Source of the DNA: Candidatus Peregrinibacteria bacterium
GTDB lineage: Bacteria; Patescibacteriota; Gracilibacteria; Peribacterales; Peribacteraceae
DNA length: 50,737 nt
Assembly: GCA_016196295.1 (NCBI GenBank)
Contig: JACPYA010000041.1
Span: 1-50,737 of the forward strand
Direction of reading: 5' to 3'
Made by a program: the position numbers and the translations under genes. Below are positions 40,353 to 49,616 of the stretch, piece after piece; the stretch's first letter is position 1, and every line of letters starts with the position of its first letter. The notes below the pieces were generated by a model. The model saw only the letters and a list, made by a program, of their open reading frames with translations. It made no database searches and was not told where the DNA came from.

Positions 40353-40891
40353 GAGGCAAAAATGCCGAGCTGGTTCTCGATGGAATGAATCGATCCCCTC
40401 TTCCGCGGAGTCGGGCTGAACGTTTGAGCGGCTTCGAAAATCATGCGTTTGAGCCGGTGAGATTTCGTACTCGCGAAGAAGAAGCCGTGCCGCGCGATGA
40501 CGCGGCCGACCGTGGATGCGGAGAAGAGGAGTCCATGCTCCTCCAAAAGCCTGCGAGCGATGGCGTCTTTGCTCATCGTCGGATGCTCCAGGCGGCAAAA
40601 ACGGATCAACTCAATGACGAACGCGGGCGTTTCCTCCTTGCGCGTGCGGTGCGGCCGCTTCGATTGCTCCTCAAGGCTCCGCGCATTCTCTGGATCAAAC
40701 CGGCCGGCCCAGCGGTGATACGTCGAGCGGGAGATGCCAAAGTGCTTGCACGTCAGGCTGATATTCCCCGCGTGATCGAGGGCATAGGCAAACCAAGACA
40801 AGCGCAGTTTGGCGCCAGACGAGAGCTCGAGGTTTTTCGCTCTACGTCGCAAATTTTCCACGAGTTGCCTTGTATGTGTGTTATAGGTCAT
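40349..40891 (-). CDS. Helix-turn-helix protein resembling the N-terminal DNA-binding part of IS481/IS3 transposases, without a catalytic domain
   Basis: 180 aa: RLSWFAYALDHAGNISLTCKHFGISRSTYHRWAGRFDPENARSLEEQSKRPH...VIELIRFCRLEHPTMSKDAIARRLLEEHG. A paralogue of 28219-28842. Confidence 0.75.
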   Translation of the reverse strand: MTYNTHTRQLVENLRRRAKNLELSSGAKLRLSWFAYALDHAGNISLTCKHFGISRSTYHRWAGRFDPENARSLEEQSKRPHRTRKEETPAFVIELIRFCRLEHPTMSKDAIARRLLEEHGLLFSASTVGRVIARHGFFFASTKSHRLKRMIFEAAQTFSPTPRKRGSIHSIENQLGIFAS

Positions 40892-41202
40892 TGTGTATGT
40901 TCATGGTTATTATACTATATTTTACTGAATATGTCTAATATGTCCTGGAACATTCCAAGAGGCCTCGCGAACCGCTCTTTCTGACATTGGACGGTCTCGC
41001 ATGCGTCTGAACCTTCCGCGTCACGATGCACGCCCTCGAGGCTTCGGATAGATGAGGCTCGAACCGATGGCTTCTGCGAGAGGCAAGGCCTCTCGTGCGA
41101 GTGCATCTGCATCACTCTGAGCACCTCGCATACCGCTCTCAGGCGTCCACTTATTCAACCTTGTGACCGAGGAGAGAAATTGATACGCTCGGAGCCACAT
41201 CT

Positions 41203-42240
41203 ATGTCCCTCACGCCCAGCCGGAAACACAGCATCGCCACGCTCTCCGGACTGCTGCTCCTTAGCGCTGCTGCTCCTGCCTTCGCGCAGCCGGCGCCGTC
41301 TTTCTCCGATCTCCCCTCCGGACACGCGGCCTTCGAAGCCGTGGAATATCTGAAAACGCAGGGTGTCATCTCGGGCTACGCGGATGGAACGTTCAAGCCG
41401 AATGCCAAGGTGAATCGCGCGGAAGCGGTGAAGATCCTCATTGCGCCGCTCGTGAACGCCCAGCAGTTGGGCCAATTGGCGCACACCCCCTATGAAGACG
41501 TCGCCGCCGACGCCTGGTACAGGCCGTACGTCGAAGCGGCACGGCAGTCCTTTGGCATCATCGACGGACCGCCGCAGACGACGGTCTTTCACGGCGAGCG
41601 CCCCGTGCTGAAAGTCGAGTTCATCAAGATGCTCCTCCTCGCCAACAAGGCCGATGTCGGCGCGTACGGCGAAATCAAACTCCCCCTCTCCGTCGATGTC
41701 ACGAACACGGAGGAGTGGTTTTATCCCTACATTCGATATGCCGTCTCGTCATCGATCACCATGATCTCCGCGGACGGCACGCTGTCACCGGGTCGCGAAC
41801 TCACGCGTTCCGACGTCGCGCTCTTCCTGCACCGTTTCCTGATGTACCGCGAAGGCCGTCGCACGCAGGCCCTGCTCTCGGAGGCCGAAACGGAAATCCA
41901 CAATATCCTCGATTCGCTCGAGAAAAACGACATCACGCAAGCGGAACAAGCTTCGGCCCGGGCGCTCATCGCCGCGCGAGGCGCGCATGCGAGCAAACCG
42001 ACGGAAGCGGTGACGCAAGGAGCGGTGAAAACGACGGAGGCGTTCCGCGCTCTCGTCCGGGCGTACCGAGCGGGCGTGTCGGGCGACCTCGATACCGTCA
42101 TCGCCCTGGCATCGGAAGCATGGAACCTCGCAGCGAAGGCAAAGGAGCTGGACCCGACCTTGGCCTCGATCTCGGATCAAGTCCAGCAGACGGCGAAGAA
42201 CATGGCAGATAGCGCCCGTGCCCTCAAGGCTGCGCCTTGA
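41203..42240 (+). CDS. Secreted SLH-domain protein
   Basis: 345 aa with a signal peptide and an S-layer-homology motif (FSDLPSGHAAFEAVEYLKTQGVISGYADGTFKPNAKVNRAEAVKIL). Confidence 0.75.
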   Translation: MSLTPSRKHSIATLSGLLLLSAAAPAFAQPAPSFSDLPSGHAAFEAVEYLKTQGVISGYADGTFKPNAKVNRAEAVKILIAPLVNAQQLGQLAHTPYEDVAADAWYRPYVEAARQSFGIIDGPPQTTVFHGERPVLKVEFIKMLLLANKADVGAYGEIKLPLSVDVTNTEEWFYPYIRYAVSSSITMISADGTLSPGRELTRSDVALFLHRFLMYREGRRTQALLSEAETEIHNILDSLEKNDITQAEQASARALIAARGAHASKPTEAVTQGAVKTTEAFRALVRAYRAGVSGDLDTVIALASEAWNLAAKAKELDPTLASISDQVQQTAKNMADSARALKAAP

Positions 42241-42314
42241 GGAGTGGAAAGTGAGACGGAGAGTGGAAAGTTGAAGGTGGAAAGTGGAAAGAGAAAAGGT
42301 TAAGATAGCAAACT

Positions 42315-42458
42315 ATGGTTCCTGAGCCCCTGCGATTTTGGCTGCGACTCATCACTGATGCAAGCTATGCTCCGGATACAAGAACAAAGCTACTGCAGGA
42401 AGAACTCACATCAATTATTTCCATGCTCGTTCAGAGCATTAAGACCGCCAAGATCGTC
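42315..42458 (+). pseudogene. Truncated four-helix-bundle gene (C-terminal helix region only)
   Basis: EPLRFWLRLITDASYAPDTRTKLLQEELTSIISMLVQSIKTAK aligns with the C-terminus of the 35851-36210 protein (ESDFWIHLLCDASYIGHSTGEELLRDLSEIIALLTSSIKTARK). The N-terminal two thirds are missing. It is flanked by GTGGAAAG / CTTTCCAC repeat arms. Confidence 0.7.
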
Positions 42459-42490
42459 CATAACTTTCCATTTACCACTTTACACTTTCC

Positions 42491-42622
42491 ACTCTTCACG
42501 GTCCGTAACTTTCCCTGCCCGTCCGGCAGGCGGGCACTTTCTACTTTGCACTTTTCACTCTTCACGGTCCGTAACTTTCCCTGCCCGTCCGGCAGGCGGG
42601 CACTTTCCACTTTCCATTTTGC
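42491..42622 (+). repeat. 66-bp tandem duplication (x2) containing the CCCTGCCCGTCCGGCAGGCGGGCA hairpin
   Basis: CTCTTCACGGTCCGTAACTTTCCCTGCCCGTCCGGCAGGCGGGCACTTTC occurs at 42491 and at 42557. Confidence 0.85.
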
Positions 42623-42648
42623 ATTTTCCACTTCCATTTAAGGCGCAT

Positions 42649-43002
42649 GTGATTGCGGGCTCGGGGAGAGGCCGCAAGCTTGGCGTGCCCACGCTCAATG
42701 TGAATCTCGCGCAAGTTCCCAGCGATCTTGAGGATGGCATCTACGCGTGTTTCGTGAACGTCCAGGGCAAGAAAATGCAGGGCGCGCTCCATATGGGACC
42801 TCGCCCGGTCTTTCAGGATAGCCGCGCGTGCGAAGTGCACTTGATCGGAGAACTTCTGAACGATCCGCCGCAAGACGTGGAGATCGAAATCGTCGAGCGT
42901 CTCCGGGAGATCCGAGACTTTCCGTCCGCGCAGGCGCTGCAAGAGCAAATGCGAGAGGATATTGACCAGGCGAGGGCTATCCTCGCAAAAAAAGGTCGAT
43001 AG
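42649..43002 (+). CDS. Riboflavin kinase domain protein (monofunctional; start uncertain)
   Basis: VIAGSGRGRKLGVPTLNV...GIYA..V......GALHMGPRPVF......EVHLI...D.YG..IEIE.V.RLR. The first in-frame plausible start is GTG at 42649. The upstream part of the ORF is repeat DNA. Confidence 0.7.
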   Translation: MIAGSGRGRKLGVPTLNVNLAQVPSDLEDGIYACFVNVQGKKMQGALHMGPRPVFQDSRACEVHLIGELLNDPPQDVEIEIVERLREIRDFPSAQALQEQMREDIDQARAILAKKGR

Positions 43003-43013
43003 AATGGTTCGGC

Positions 43014-44312
43014 ATGTTGCGCTCGCTCAAAGACAGAATCGGACAACGCAGTCCCATTCGCCTCCTGTGGCACCGGGGAAAGGCACTGCTTGCCGCAATC
43101 CGGTATGGCTTCCCTGCGCGGCGACTCGTCGTGCTCGGCATCACGGGAACGGACGGCAAGACGACGACGGTCGGCATGGTGACCCACATCTTACGATCCG
43201 CCGGGGTACGCGTCGGCGCCGCTTCGACTGCCTTTTTCGATACGGGAAATGGCGCGAAGGAGAACCCCTTGCACCTCACGTCCATTAATCCGTTTGTCTT
43301 GCAGAAGTTACTTCGAACGATGGTGAAAAACGGCTGCACGCACGCTGTCGTCGAGGCCTCCAGCCACGGGCTCGTGCAACATCGCCTGGACTGGATCTGG
43401 CCACGGGTCGCCGCGATCACCAATATCGCGCTTGAGCACCTCGACTATCACGGGACGATGGAGCAATACCGTCGTGATAAAGCGATCCTCTTTCGGATGC
43501 TCGGGGGCATGGGGACGAAAATCCTGAATGCGCGAGATCCGACCTTCCGAGAGTATCAAGCGATTCCATCCGAACGAACGATCGTGTGGGGGGATCCGGA
43601 GGTACACGCACCCACAAAACTCTGGCTCACGGACACAGTGTTACAGCCTGCCGAGAGTTCCGCACGCGTGCACCTCGCTTCTTCTGGATCCACGCAATCG
43701 ATGGAACTCCATTTGAAGATACCGGGGGGCTTCAATCTGGAAAACGCGCTCACGGCGATCGGCTGTGCACTCGCCGTCGGAGTATCGATCCAAGCGGCCG
43801 TGAAAGCCCTCGGCTCATTTGCAGGAATTCCCGGACGGCTCGAACGGATCGACGAGGGGCAACCATTCTCGGTCTACGTAGACTTTGCTGTTTCGCCGCA
43901 GGCATACGAGAAAGCGCTCCACACACTGCGCGGTATCGTCGGGGATGCAGGTCGCGTGATGGTCCTCTGTTCGAGCTGCGGCAACCGCATGCGCGAGAAA
44001 CGGCCGGAGATCGGGCGCATCTGCTCTGAGCTCGCAGACGTTGTCGTCGCGTGTGAAGACGAAACCTACGGCGAAGATCCGCATACCGTGCTCGAGGAGG
44101 TGTGGGCCGGCGTGGATCAAACGCAGTGCGAAGCGCACAAGATCTTCGATCGTCGCGAAGCAATCCGCTTTTTGCTTACACACGCACGCGCCGGTGACGC
44201 CGTGGTCGTCTGTGGCATGGGACCGTTTTCGACGATGACGAAACTGGAAGGCAGAGTGCCGTGGGACGAGAGAATCGTGACACGGTCAATCCTCCAAGAC
44301 ATGAGATTTTAA
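43014..44312 (+). CDS. murE: Mur ligase, MurE-like (UDP-MurNAc-tripeptide synthetase), with a short N-terminus
   Basis: 432 aa with GITGTDGKTTT, EASSHGL.QHR, TNI.LEHLDYHGTME.Y, GGFNLENAL and GRLERI. Confidence 0.8.
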   Translation: MLRSLKDRIGQRSPIRLLWHRGKALLAAIRYGFPARRLVVLGITGTDGKTTTVGMVTHILRSAGVRVGAASTAFFDTGNGAKENPLHLTSINPFVLQKLLRTMVKNGCTHAVVEASSHGLVQHRLDWIWPRVAAITNIALEHLDYHGTMEQYRRDKAILFRMLGGMGTKILNARDPTFREYQAIPSERTIVWGDPEVHAPTKLWLTDTVLQPAESSARVHLASSGSTQSMELHLKIPGGFNLENALTAIGCALAVGVSIQAAVKALGSFAGIPGRLERIDEGQPFSVYVDFAVSPQAYEKALHTLRGIVGDAGRVMVLCSSCGNRMREKRPEIGRICSELADVVVACEDETYGEDPHTVLEEVWAGVDQTQCEAHKIFDRREAIRFLLTHARAGDAVVVCGMGPFSTMTKLEGRVPWDERIVTRSILQDMRF

Positions 44313-44349
44313 AAGGGTCGGCGACACGCGAGGTGCCCCGACCCAGGGT

Positions 44350-44463
44350 TCACGACTCGTCGCCGATACCTGTCAGATGACAGATGAGGCAGAGAGCGGC
44401 GACGCCGAAAATCATGACCATGATCGGCAGCGCCATTTCGTCTTGCAGGAATCCTTCCAGCAT
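44350..44463 (-). CDS. Possible 37-aa hydrophobic peptide
   Basis: Read by hand as MLEGFLQDEMALPIMVMIFGVAALCLICHLTGIGDES. It is preceded by GGAAGGAG 8 nt upstream of the ATG and is below the ORF-track length cut-off. Confidence 0.3.
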   Translation of the reverse strand: MLEGFLQDEMALPIMVMIFGVAALCLICHLTGIGDES

Positions 44464-44556
44464 GTGACACACTCCTTCCATAGAGAAACGAAACGTAAGT
44501 GAACCCGAAAACCTTCAGAAAAAAAGCTTGCGGGTTCACTGTACCTACGGCGTACG

Positions 44557-45333
44557 ATGCGAAGGATCGACGTTCGTATTCGTAGATTATTATCATCTAT
44601 TTTTAACAAATTGTCAATTACAGCGATCATCGCCGGAATAGACGAAGCGGGACGCGGAGCGCTGGCCGGACCGGTGGTCGCGGCGGCGTGCGTCTTGAAA
44701 GCAGAGCTCTTTCGGAAAGTCGCGCCGTTCCTGCATTGGTCTCCCAAGAAACGCAAGAACCAAACGGGGCACTGTCGCATCGGCGACAGCAAGAAACTGA
44801 CTCCCGAGGAGCGCGCTGTCGCGTACGAATGGATCACGCGACATTCTTCTTTCGGCGTGGGCATGTCCCCGTCGGAAGATGTGGAAACGCTCGGCATTCT
44901 CGGCGCGACGGAGAAAGCGATGCATCTTGCACTGAAAGATTTGGAGAAGACGCTTCGGCCAACCTACTTGCTCGTCGATGGCCGCGATGCGTTCTGGTTC
45001 GACTACCCGCACAGCTCGCTCATCGGCGGGGATGGACTCGAGCCCTGCATCGCGGCGGCGTCGATCATCGCGAAGGTGACGCGCGACCGCTGGATGACGG
45101 ACATCGCGAAGCACCACGCGTCGTTCGGCTTCGATCGTCACAAAGGGTACGGCACGGCCGGCCACTTCGCGGCGCTGAAAGTGCACGGCCCGTGCGCCAT
45201 CCACCGCAAAAATTTCCTGCGGAAGTTCTTCGAAACGGGAGAGACGACTTACGATTTGTCCGACGCCGGCCCCATCCCCATCCACCTCCAAAGCAGCACG
45301 CCGGCGAGGAAGATCGGCAGCGTGAGCAGCTGA
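44557..45333 (+). CDS. rnhB: Ribonuclease HII
   Basis: AGIDEAGRGALAGPVVAAA, DSKKL and KGYGT. The start may be an internal TTG near 44611. The 3' end overlaps convergent lgt. Confidence 0.85.
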   Translation: MRRIDVRIRRLLSSIFNKLSITAIIAGIDEAGRGALAGPVVAAACVLKAELFRKVAPFLHWSPKKRKNQTGHCRIGDSKKLTPEERAVAYEWITRHSSFGVGMSPSEDVETLGILGATEKAMHLALKDLEKTLRPTYLLVDGRDAFWFDYPHSSLIGGDGLEPCIAAASIIAKVTRDRWMTDIAKHHASFGFDRHKGYGTAGHFAALKVHGPCAIHRKNFLRKFFETGETTYDLSDAGPIPIHLQSSTPARKIGSVSS

Positions 45334-46043
45334 CCGCGACTGAGCTGGAAGAAGACGAAATCAATGAGCGGATATTCCTGCGCGCGGAAGTATTCGAGCA
45401 AGAACCGCAGGAGCCCGTAGAGCATCAGGAAGAGCGCGAAGGTCCGGCCGGGGTGATAGGGGCGCGCCGCACGGAGGTGCCCGTAGCAGAGTCCTGCGAT
45501 CAAAAGGTCCTTGAGGACGGCATAGATTTGCGTCGGGTGCCGCAGTCCTTCGACCCCGGGGATCGCGATGCCCCACGGAAGATCCGTCGGGTTCCCGTAG
45601 AGCTCCATATTGATGAAATTGCCAAAGCGTCCGAAGGCGAGGCCGATCGCCACCGGAACCGCGATGACGTCGGCGAGCCTGCGGACATCGAGGCCTTTCC
45701 TCCAACTGAAGTAAAAGAGTCCGATCGCGACGCCCAGGAACCCTCCATGCGAGGACATGCCGCCCTTCCAGACCATCAAGATCTGCAGGGGCCGGATGGA
45801 GTAATACGCAGGTTCATAGAAGAGGACGTATCCCAGACGCCCGCCGATGATCACGCCGAGGACCGTCACGGAGACGACCGATGCCCAATCTTCACGACTG
45901 AGGTGGAGTCCTCGTTCCTTCTGCAACCGCGGCAGAAGAAAGAGAGCAAGGAGGAACGCCAGCAAATACATGAGGCCGTACCAGTGGATGGCAAAGCCGA
46001 AGAGCTCGAGGGCAACGGGACGGGAAGGGAAGAAAGAGATCAT
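45249..46043 (-). CDS. lgt: Prolipoprotein diacylglyceryl transferase
   Basis: 264 aa with IHWYGLMY, GGRLGYVLFY, RHPTQIY and multiple TM helices. Confidence 0.9.
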   Translation of the reverse strand: MISFFPSRPVALELFGFAIHWYGLMYLLAFLLALFLLPRLQKERGLHLSREDWASVVSVTVLGVIIGGRLGYVLFYEPAYYSIRPLQILMVWKGGMSSHGGFLGVAIGLFYFSWRKGLDVRRLADVIAVPVAIGLAFGRFGNFINMELYGNPTDLPWGIAIPGVEGLRHPTQIYAVLKDLLIAGLCYGHLRAARPYHPGRTFALFLMLYGLLRFLLEYFRAQEYPLIDFVFFQLSRGQLLTLPIFLAGVLLWRWMGMGPASDKS

Positions 46044-47527
46044 AGAGCGGTGCAGGAAGGAGAAACGGCAAGCAGAGAGGGAGAATCAGTTTTCTGCAAA
46101 CACGGATCTTCAAGGAATCGCTCTGCATTCTCTCCGTACCTTGCCGAAAATCGATCGGTGAGAAAGACTGCGGCGGGACCGCTCACGCTTCTGAGAACAT
46201 TTCTCCGCTCGGCCTGCGTGCCGAGGAGAAACTTTTCCCATTCGCCATAGTCCCACGGCGATTCGAAGACTCCTGGACCCGCGATGCGATGGTTCGGAAG
46301 GTAACCGCGCAGCCACGGTGCGGTTTCCGGCTCCAGCGCGAGGATGAGCGTTGCCTCCGGGAGCGCCGCCGCATCGGCGATGCGTCGGAAGGTCTCGCTG
46401 TCGATCGTCGGGCGGATTTCCTCGAGTGGGTACTGCTCACAGATCTGGAAACTGAGGAGACAGAGCAGATCCAGCTGATTCGGTGCGATCGCCTGCAACG
46501 TGAAGAGCGCTTGCACGAGGAGGAGGACGCAGACGAGGCTTTGGAGCGCCCACGACTTCCAGCGCGTCCATGCTTGAGCGACGGCGTAGCCCGCAAACGG
46601 CAGGAGGAAGAAATCGAGGTGCAGGAAAAATCGCCGATAGAAGAGGAACTTGGCGGCAACCGCAATGAGCGCCCACAGGGCCGCGACGTGCCAGATGGAA
46701 ATCCCTTCATCCATGCTCAGGATGAAGCCGATGACGCCGAGCAGCAGGAGCAGCCCGGAGTACACGAGAAACACCGATGGAGGCGGAAATGTGCCTGGCA
46801 CCGCATTGCCTTGGAAGATCATGGAAAGGTGCTGCAAGACAACGTCCCACATCGGCACGTACCACAATGCGCCGAGAATGAGCGCGGGGACGACCAGCAG
46901 GAGAATTTTCCGAAATCCAGGACCACCCTCTGTTTTGAAGTAATCGACGACGAGCCACGTGAGGACGATGAGACCGAGGAGAAACCCCGTTTGGTGATGC
47001 GTCGCGAACGCGAACATCCCGAACAGGATCGCGGCAAAGGAGTGCTCCTCGATGAAATGAAACGTGAGCGCGACGAAGATGAGTGCGAGCGCCGTTTTCC
47101 AATACATGAGAAGGAAGCCCTCGTACTGCGCGACGGAGAGAAGCGCCATGAGGAGCGTCAGGAAGCCCACCAAACGGCCATAACTGCGCCCCGCGGTGAA
47201 CGCGAGGACGAGGGCCGTTGCGATCGGAACGAGGTTCCAGACCCAGCCGACGAGAGCGTCTACGGGGAGGCCCAAGCGCAAGAGGATCGTCGAGAAGAAG
47301 AAGAGGCCGAGCGGGTGCTCCAGAGCCCACCCGTCCATGGGAGCGATGCTGAACGGCGGAAACGCCGTCGTATGTTTCACAAAAAGATAGCGATAGATGC
47401 CGGGATCAAACCCGAGCGGCACCTCGAAGGCAAAGAGCGTCCAGGCGTACTTCGCGAGAAGCAGCAGTATAAGGACCACATACCCCACGATGTACCATCG
47501 ATCCTCCGAAAAGCGCGTGAGTCGCAT
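46040..47527 (-). CDS. Polytopic membrane protein, ArnT/PMT-like (GT-C fold) glycosyltransferase candidate
   Basis: The ATG at 47527 gives 495 aa with about 12 predicted TM segments and a soluble C-terminal domain. It lies downstream of two GT4 genes in the same operon. Confidence 0.55.
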   Translation of the reverse strand: MRLTRFSEDRWYIVGYVVLILLLLAKYAWTLFAFEVPLGFDPGIYRYLFVKHTTAFPPFSIAPMDGWALEHPLGLFFFSTILLRLGLPVDALVGWVWNLVPIATALVLAFTAGRSYGRLVGFLTLLMALLSVAQYEGFLLMYWKTALALIFVALTFHFIEEHSFAAILFGMFAFATHHQTGFLLGLIVLTWLVVDYFKTEGGPGFRKILLLVVPALILGALWYVPMWDVVLQHLSMIFQGNAVPGTFPPPSVFLVYSGLLLLLGVIGFILSMDEGISIWHVAALWALIAVAAKFLFYRRFFLHLDFFLLPFAGYAVAQAWTRWKSWALQSLVCVLLLVQALFTLQAIAPNQLDLLCLLSFQICEQYPLEEIRPTIDSETFRRIADAAALPEATLILALEPETAPWLRGYLPNHRIAGPGVFESPWDYGEWEKFLLGTQAERRNVLRSVSGPAAVFLTDRFSARYGENAERFLEDPCLQKTDSPSLLAVSPSCTAL

Positions 47528-47531
47528 AGAA

Positions 47532-48557
47532 TTAGACAGAGCATAGCGGCGACAGAGCCGCCTGTAACTGATCGCGCGCGCGACTGCGCGAGAAGCGCTG
47601 CGTGATGTCACATTTGGCGTTCCGTGACAGCGTGGAACGCTCTTGTGCGTTTCTCAGAAGTGTGGTGATCGCATCTGCCAAGGCATCACGATCGCCCGGA
47701 GGCACGAGCACGCCTGTTTTTTGGTGCGAGACGAGCGAGCGAAGGCCATCGCAGTCACTCGCGACGACCGTCGTCCCCGCGGCAAGAGCTTCCGTACACG
47801 CGAGGCCAAATCCTTCGAGATAGGAAGGACACACGGCGATACTCGCACGATGGAGAAGATTGTGGAATTCTTCTTCGGAAAGCCTCGAATGCTGTCCGGT
47901 GATGACGAGCTTCGCGGTCGGGATGTTTTTCTTCACATTCTCCCATGCCTGCAGGAGCACATCGACTCCTTTTCGCCGATCAACCCGGGCGGCACACACG
48001 CACAGGTCCGGATCGCGCTCCATGCCCCGTGTCTCCCACTCTGCAGGATCAAATGATTGAAGCAAAAACTGTGCAGAAGGAAGACCGTAATCATTCAGAA
48101 GGACTTGCATCGCATCATTCGAAAAACAGCACACTCGATCGGCCTTGTGATACGATGCTGTCTCGAGGGGAATGAAGATCCGCTTCCATGCCTCCCCGGG
48201 CACGAACGCAGCTTGCTGCAGGTACGTGTGGTAGCAGAGGTAGACGAGAGAGGATCTTTTTGGCTTTCCGAAGAGGAAAAGTCCGCCTGGTCCTCCGGGG
48301 ATGATGAGCAACGTAATGGAGTGGGCTGATGTCCATTGCGACAAGATCAAAGGAAGAAGCAGAGACATCAGAAGATGGCCTCCGATGTTTTTCGTGATGC
48401 GCAGCAGTCGATGGGTGCTGGGGCTGAGCACCGTGACCGTCGCTCCCATCGCGCGCAGATCCTCCTCGAGTATCAACATCGCCTTACCGAGACCACCCGT
48501 GAAAGGAGGACTGTCCCATGTCACGATGCCGATGCGCGCCTTAGAGAGCGAAGACAT
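47532..48557 (-). CDS. Glycosyltransferase family 4 (GT-B)
   Basis: 341 aa with RVDRRKGVDVLL and the EGFGLACTEALAAGTTVVAS (E-X7-E region). Confidence 0.8.
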   Translation of the reverse strand: MSSLSKARIGIVTWDSPPFTGGLGKAMLILEEDLRAMGATVTVLSPSTHRLLRITKNIGGHLLMSLLLPLILSQWTSAHSITLLIIPGGPGGLFLFGKPKRSSLVYLCYHTYLQQAAFVPGEAWKRIFIPLETASYHKADRVCCFSNDAMQVLLNDYGLPSAQFLLQSFDPAEWETRGMERDPDLCVCAARVDRRKGVDVLLQAWENVKKNIPTAKLVITGQHSRLSEEEFHNLLHRASIAVCPSYLEGFGLACTEALAAGTTVVASDCDGLRSLVSHQKTGVLVPPGDRDALADAITTLLRNAQERSTLSRNAKCDITQRFSRSRARDQLQAALSPLCSV

Positions 48558-49557
48558 GCCGATAGGAATGGAGGAGCCCCGGCCAGTGAAAGTGCTTCAT
48601 TGTCTCACGGGAAACGGACGCGCTGGGGAGAGGTCGCTTGAGCGCCTGGAGAATGACGCGTGCACAGTCGTCCGGATCTTCACTGCGAAAAAAATGACCG
48701 GTCTTCCCTTCGATGACCGCATCGGTGATGCCGTCGATGGATGCGGCGGCCACCGGCAGGCCGCGACTCCCTGCCTCGATGCAGGCGATGCCGAACCCTT
48801 CCGGATCGTCTGCGCGCTCGATGTTCGGCATGACGAAGAGATGAGCGCGGTTCAACCATCCGTCACGCGTCCTATCATCGCAATCTATGAGGAGTTGAAC
48901 GGATGTTTCAAGGTGAAGACTTCGAATGATCGATCGAATGCCTGTCTCACATGGGCCCGAACCGATGATGATGTACCGCAGGGTGGGGATTTCTTTCAGG
49001 AGGAGCGGAAACACATGACGGAGAAACCACGCGGCACCCTTGCGGGGGATCAACCGCGCGACCGTGAGGAGCGTAAGAGGAGACTGCGTTGTTCGCTGCG
49101 TCTGCGAAGTCTCCCACGTGCCGCAGGGAATGACGGAGATTTTTGCGTGTGGCACTCCCCTTCCCTCTACTTGATGTGCTGTCCAGCGACTGATCGAGAC
49201 GACATGATCCATGGCAGGCAAGCTCGACCGGAGCAGTCTCTGGTACCACTTCTTCGGATAGACGACATCGAGGCCGCAGGCCGTAACCGAGATGGGAATG
49301 CCCGTCATGCGTCCGAGCGCCGCGCCAAGCGGACAAAGCGCGGCATCTCCCAGGTGAATCCGAGAGACATATCTTCGGCTTCGGTAAGCGGAAAACAATG
49401 CGCGCAACGGGAAGCTTACGTCGGCGAAGAAGAGCGGTGCAACTCGCTTCACGCGTACACCCGGAAATTGCTGAAAACCCTTCCAGAGATCCGCATTCAG
49501 TCGCTGCATGCCTCCCGTCCCTCGCACTTTGCGCGTGATGTAGAGAAGCTCCGTCAC
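48541..49557 (-). CDS. Glycosyltransferase family 4 (GT-B)
   Basis: 338 aa with RLIPRKGAAWFL and EGFGIACIEAGSRGLPVAA. It overlaps the next gene by 17 nt. Confidence 0.8.
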   Translation of the reverse strand: MTELLYITRKVRGTGGMQRLNADLWKGFQQFPGVRVKRVAPLFFADVSFPLRALFSAYRSRRYVSRIHLGDAALCPLGAALGRMTGIPISVTACGLDVVYPKKWYQRLLRSSLPAMDHVVSISRWTAHQVEGRGVPHAKISVIPCGTWETSQTQRTTQSPLTLLTVARLIPRKGAAWFLRHVFPLLLKEIPTLRYIIIGSGPCETGIRSIIRSLHLETSVQLLIDCDDRTRDGWLNRAHLFVMPNIERADDPEGFGIACIEAGSRGLPVAAASIDGITDAVIEGKTGHFFRSEDPDDCARVILQALKRPLPSASVSRETMKHFHWPGLLHSYRHVFAL

Positions 49558-49616
49558 GGGGAGAGGATCCAGAACTTTCCGTGCAGATGCAAGGGTTTCG
49601 CACTATTCTACTGCCC

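Noticed and set aside
40349-40891. Insertion sequence or transposase (also 28219-28842)
   Set aside because: Only the HTH part is present. There is no DDE/rve domain ORF downstream and no terminal inverted repeats. The genes are translationally coupled to surface-protein genes instead.
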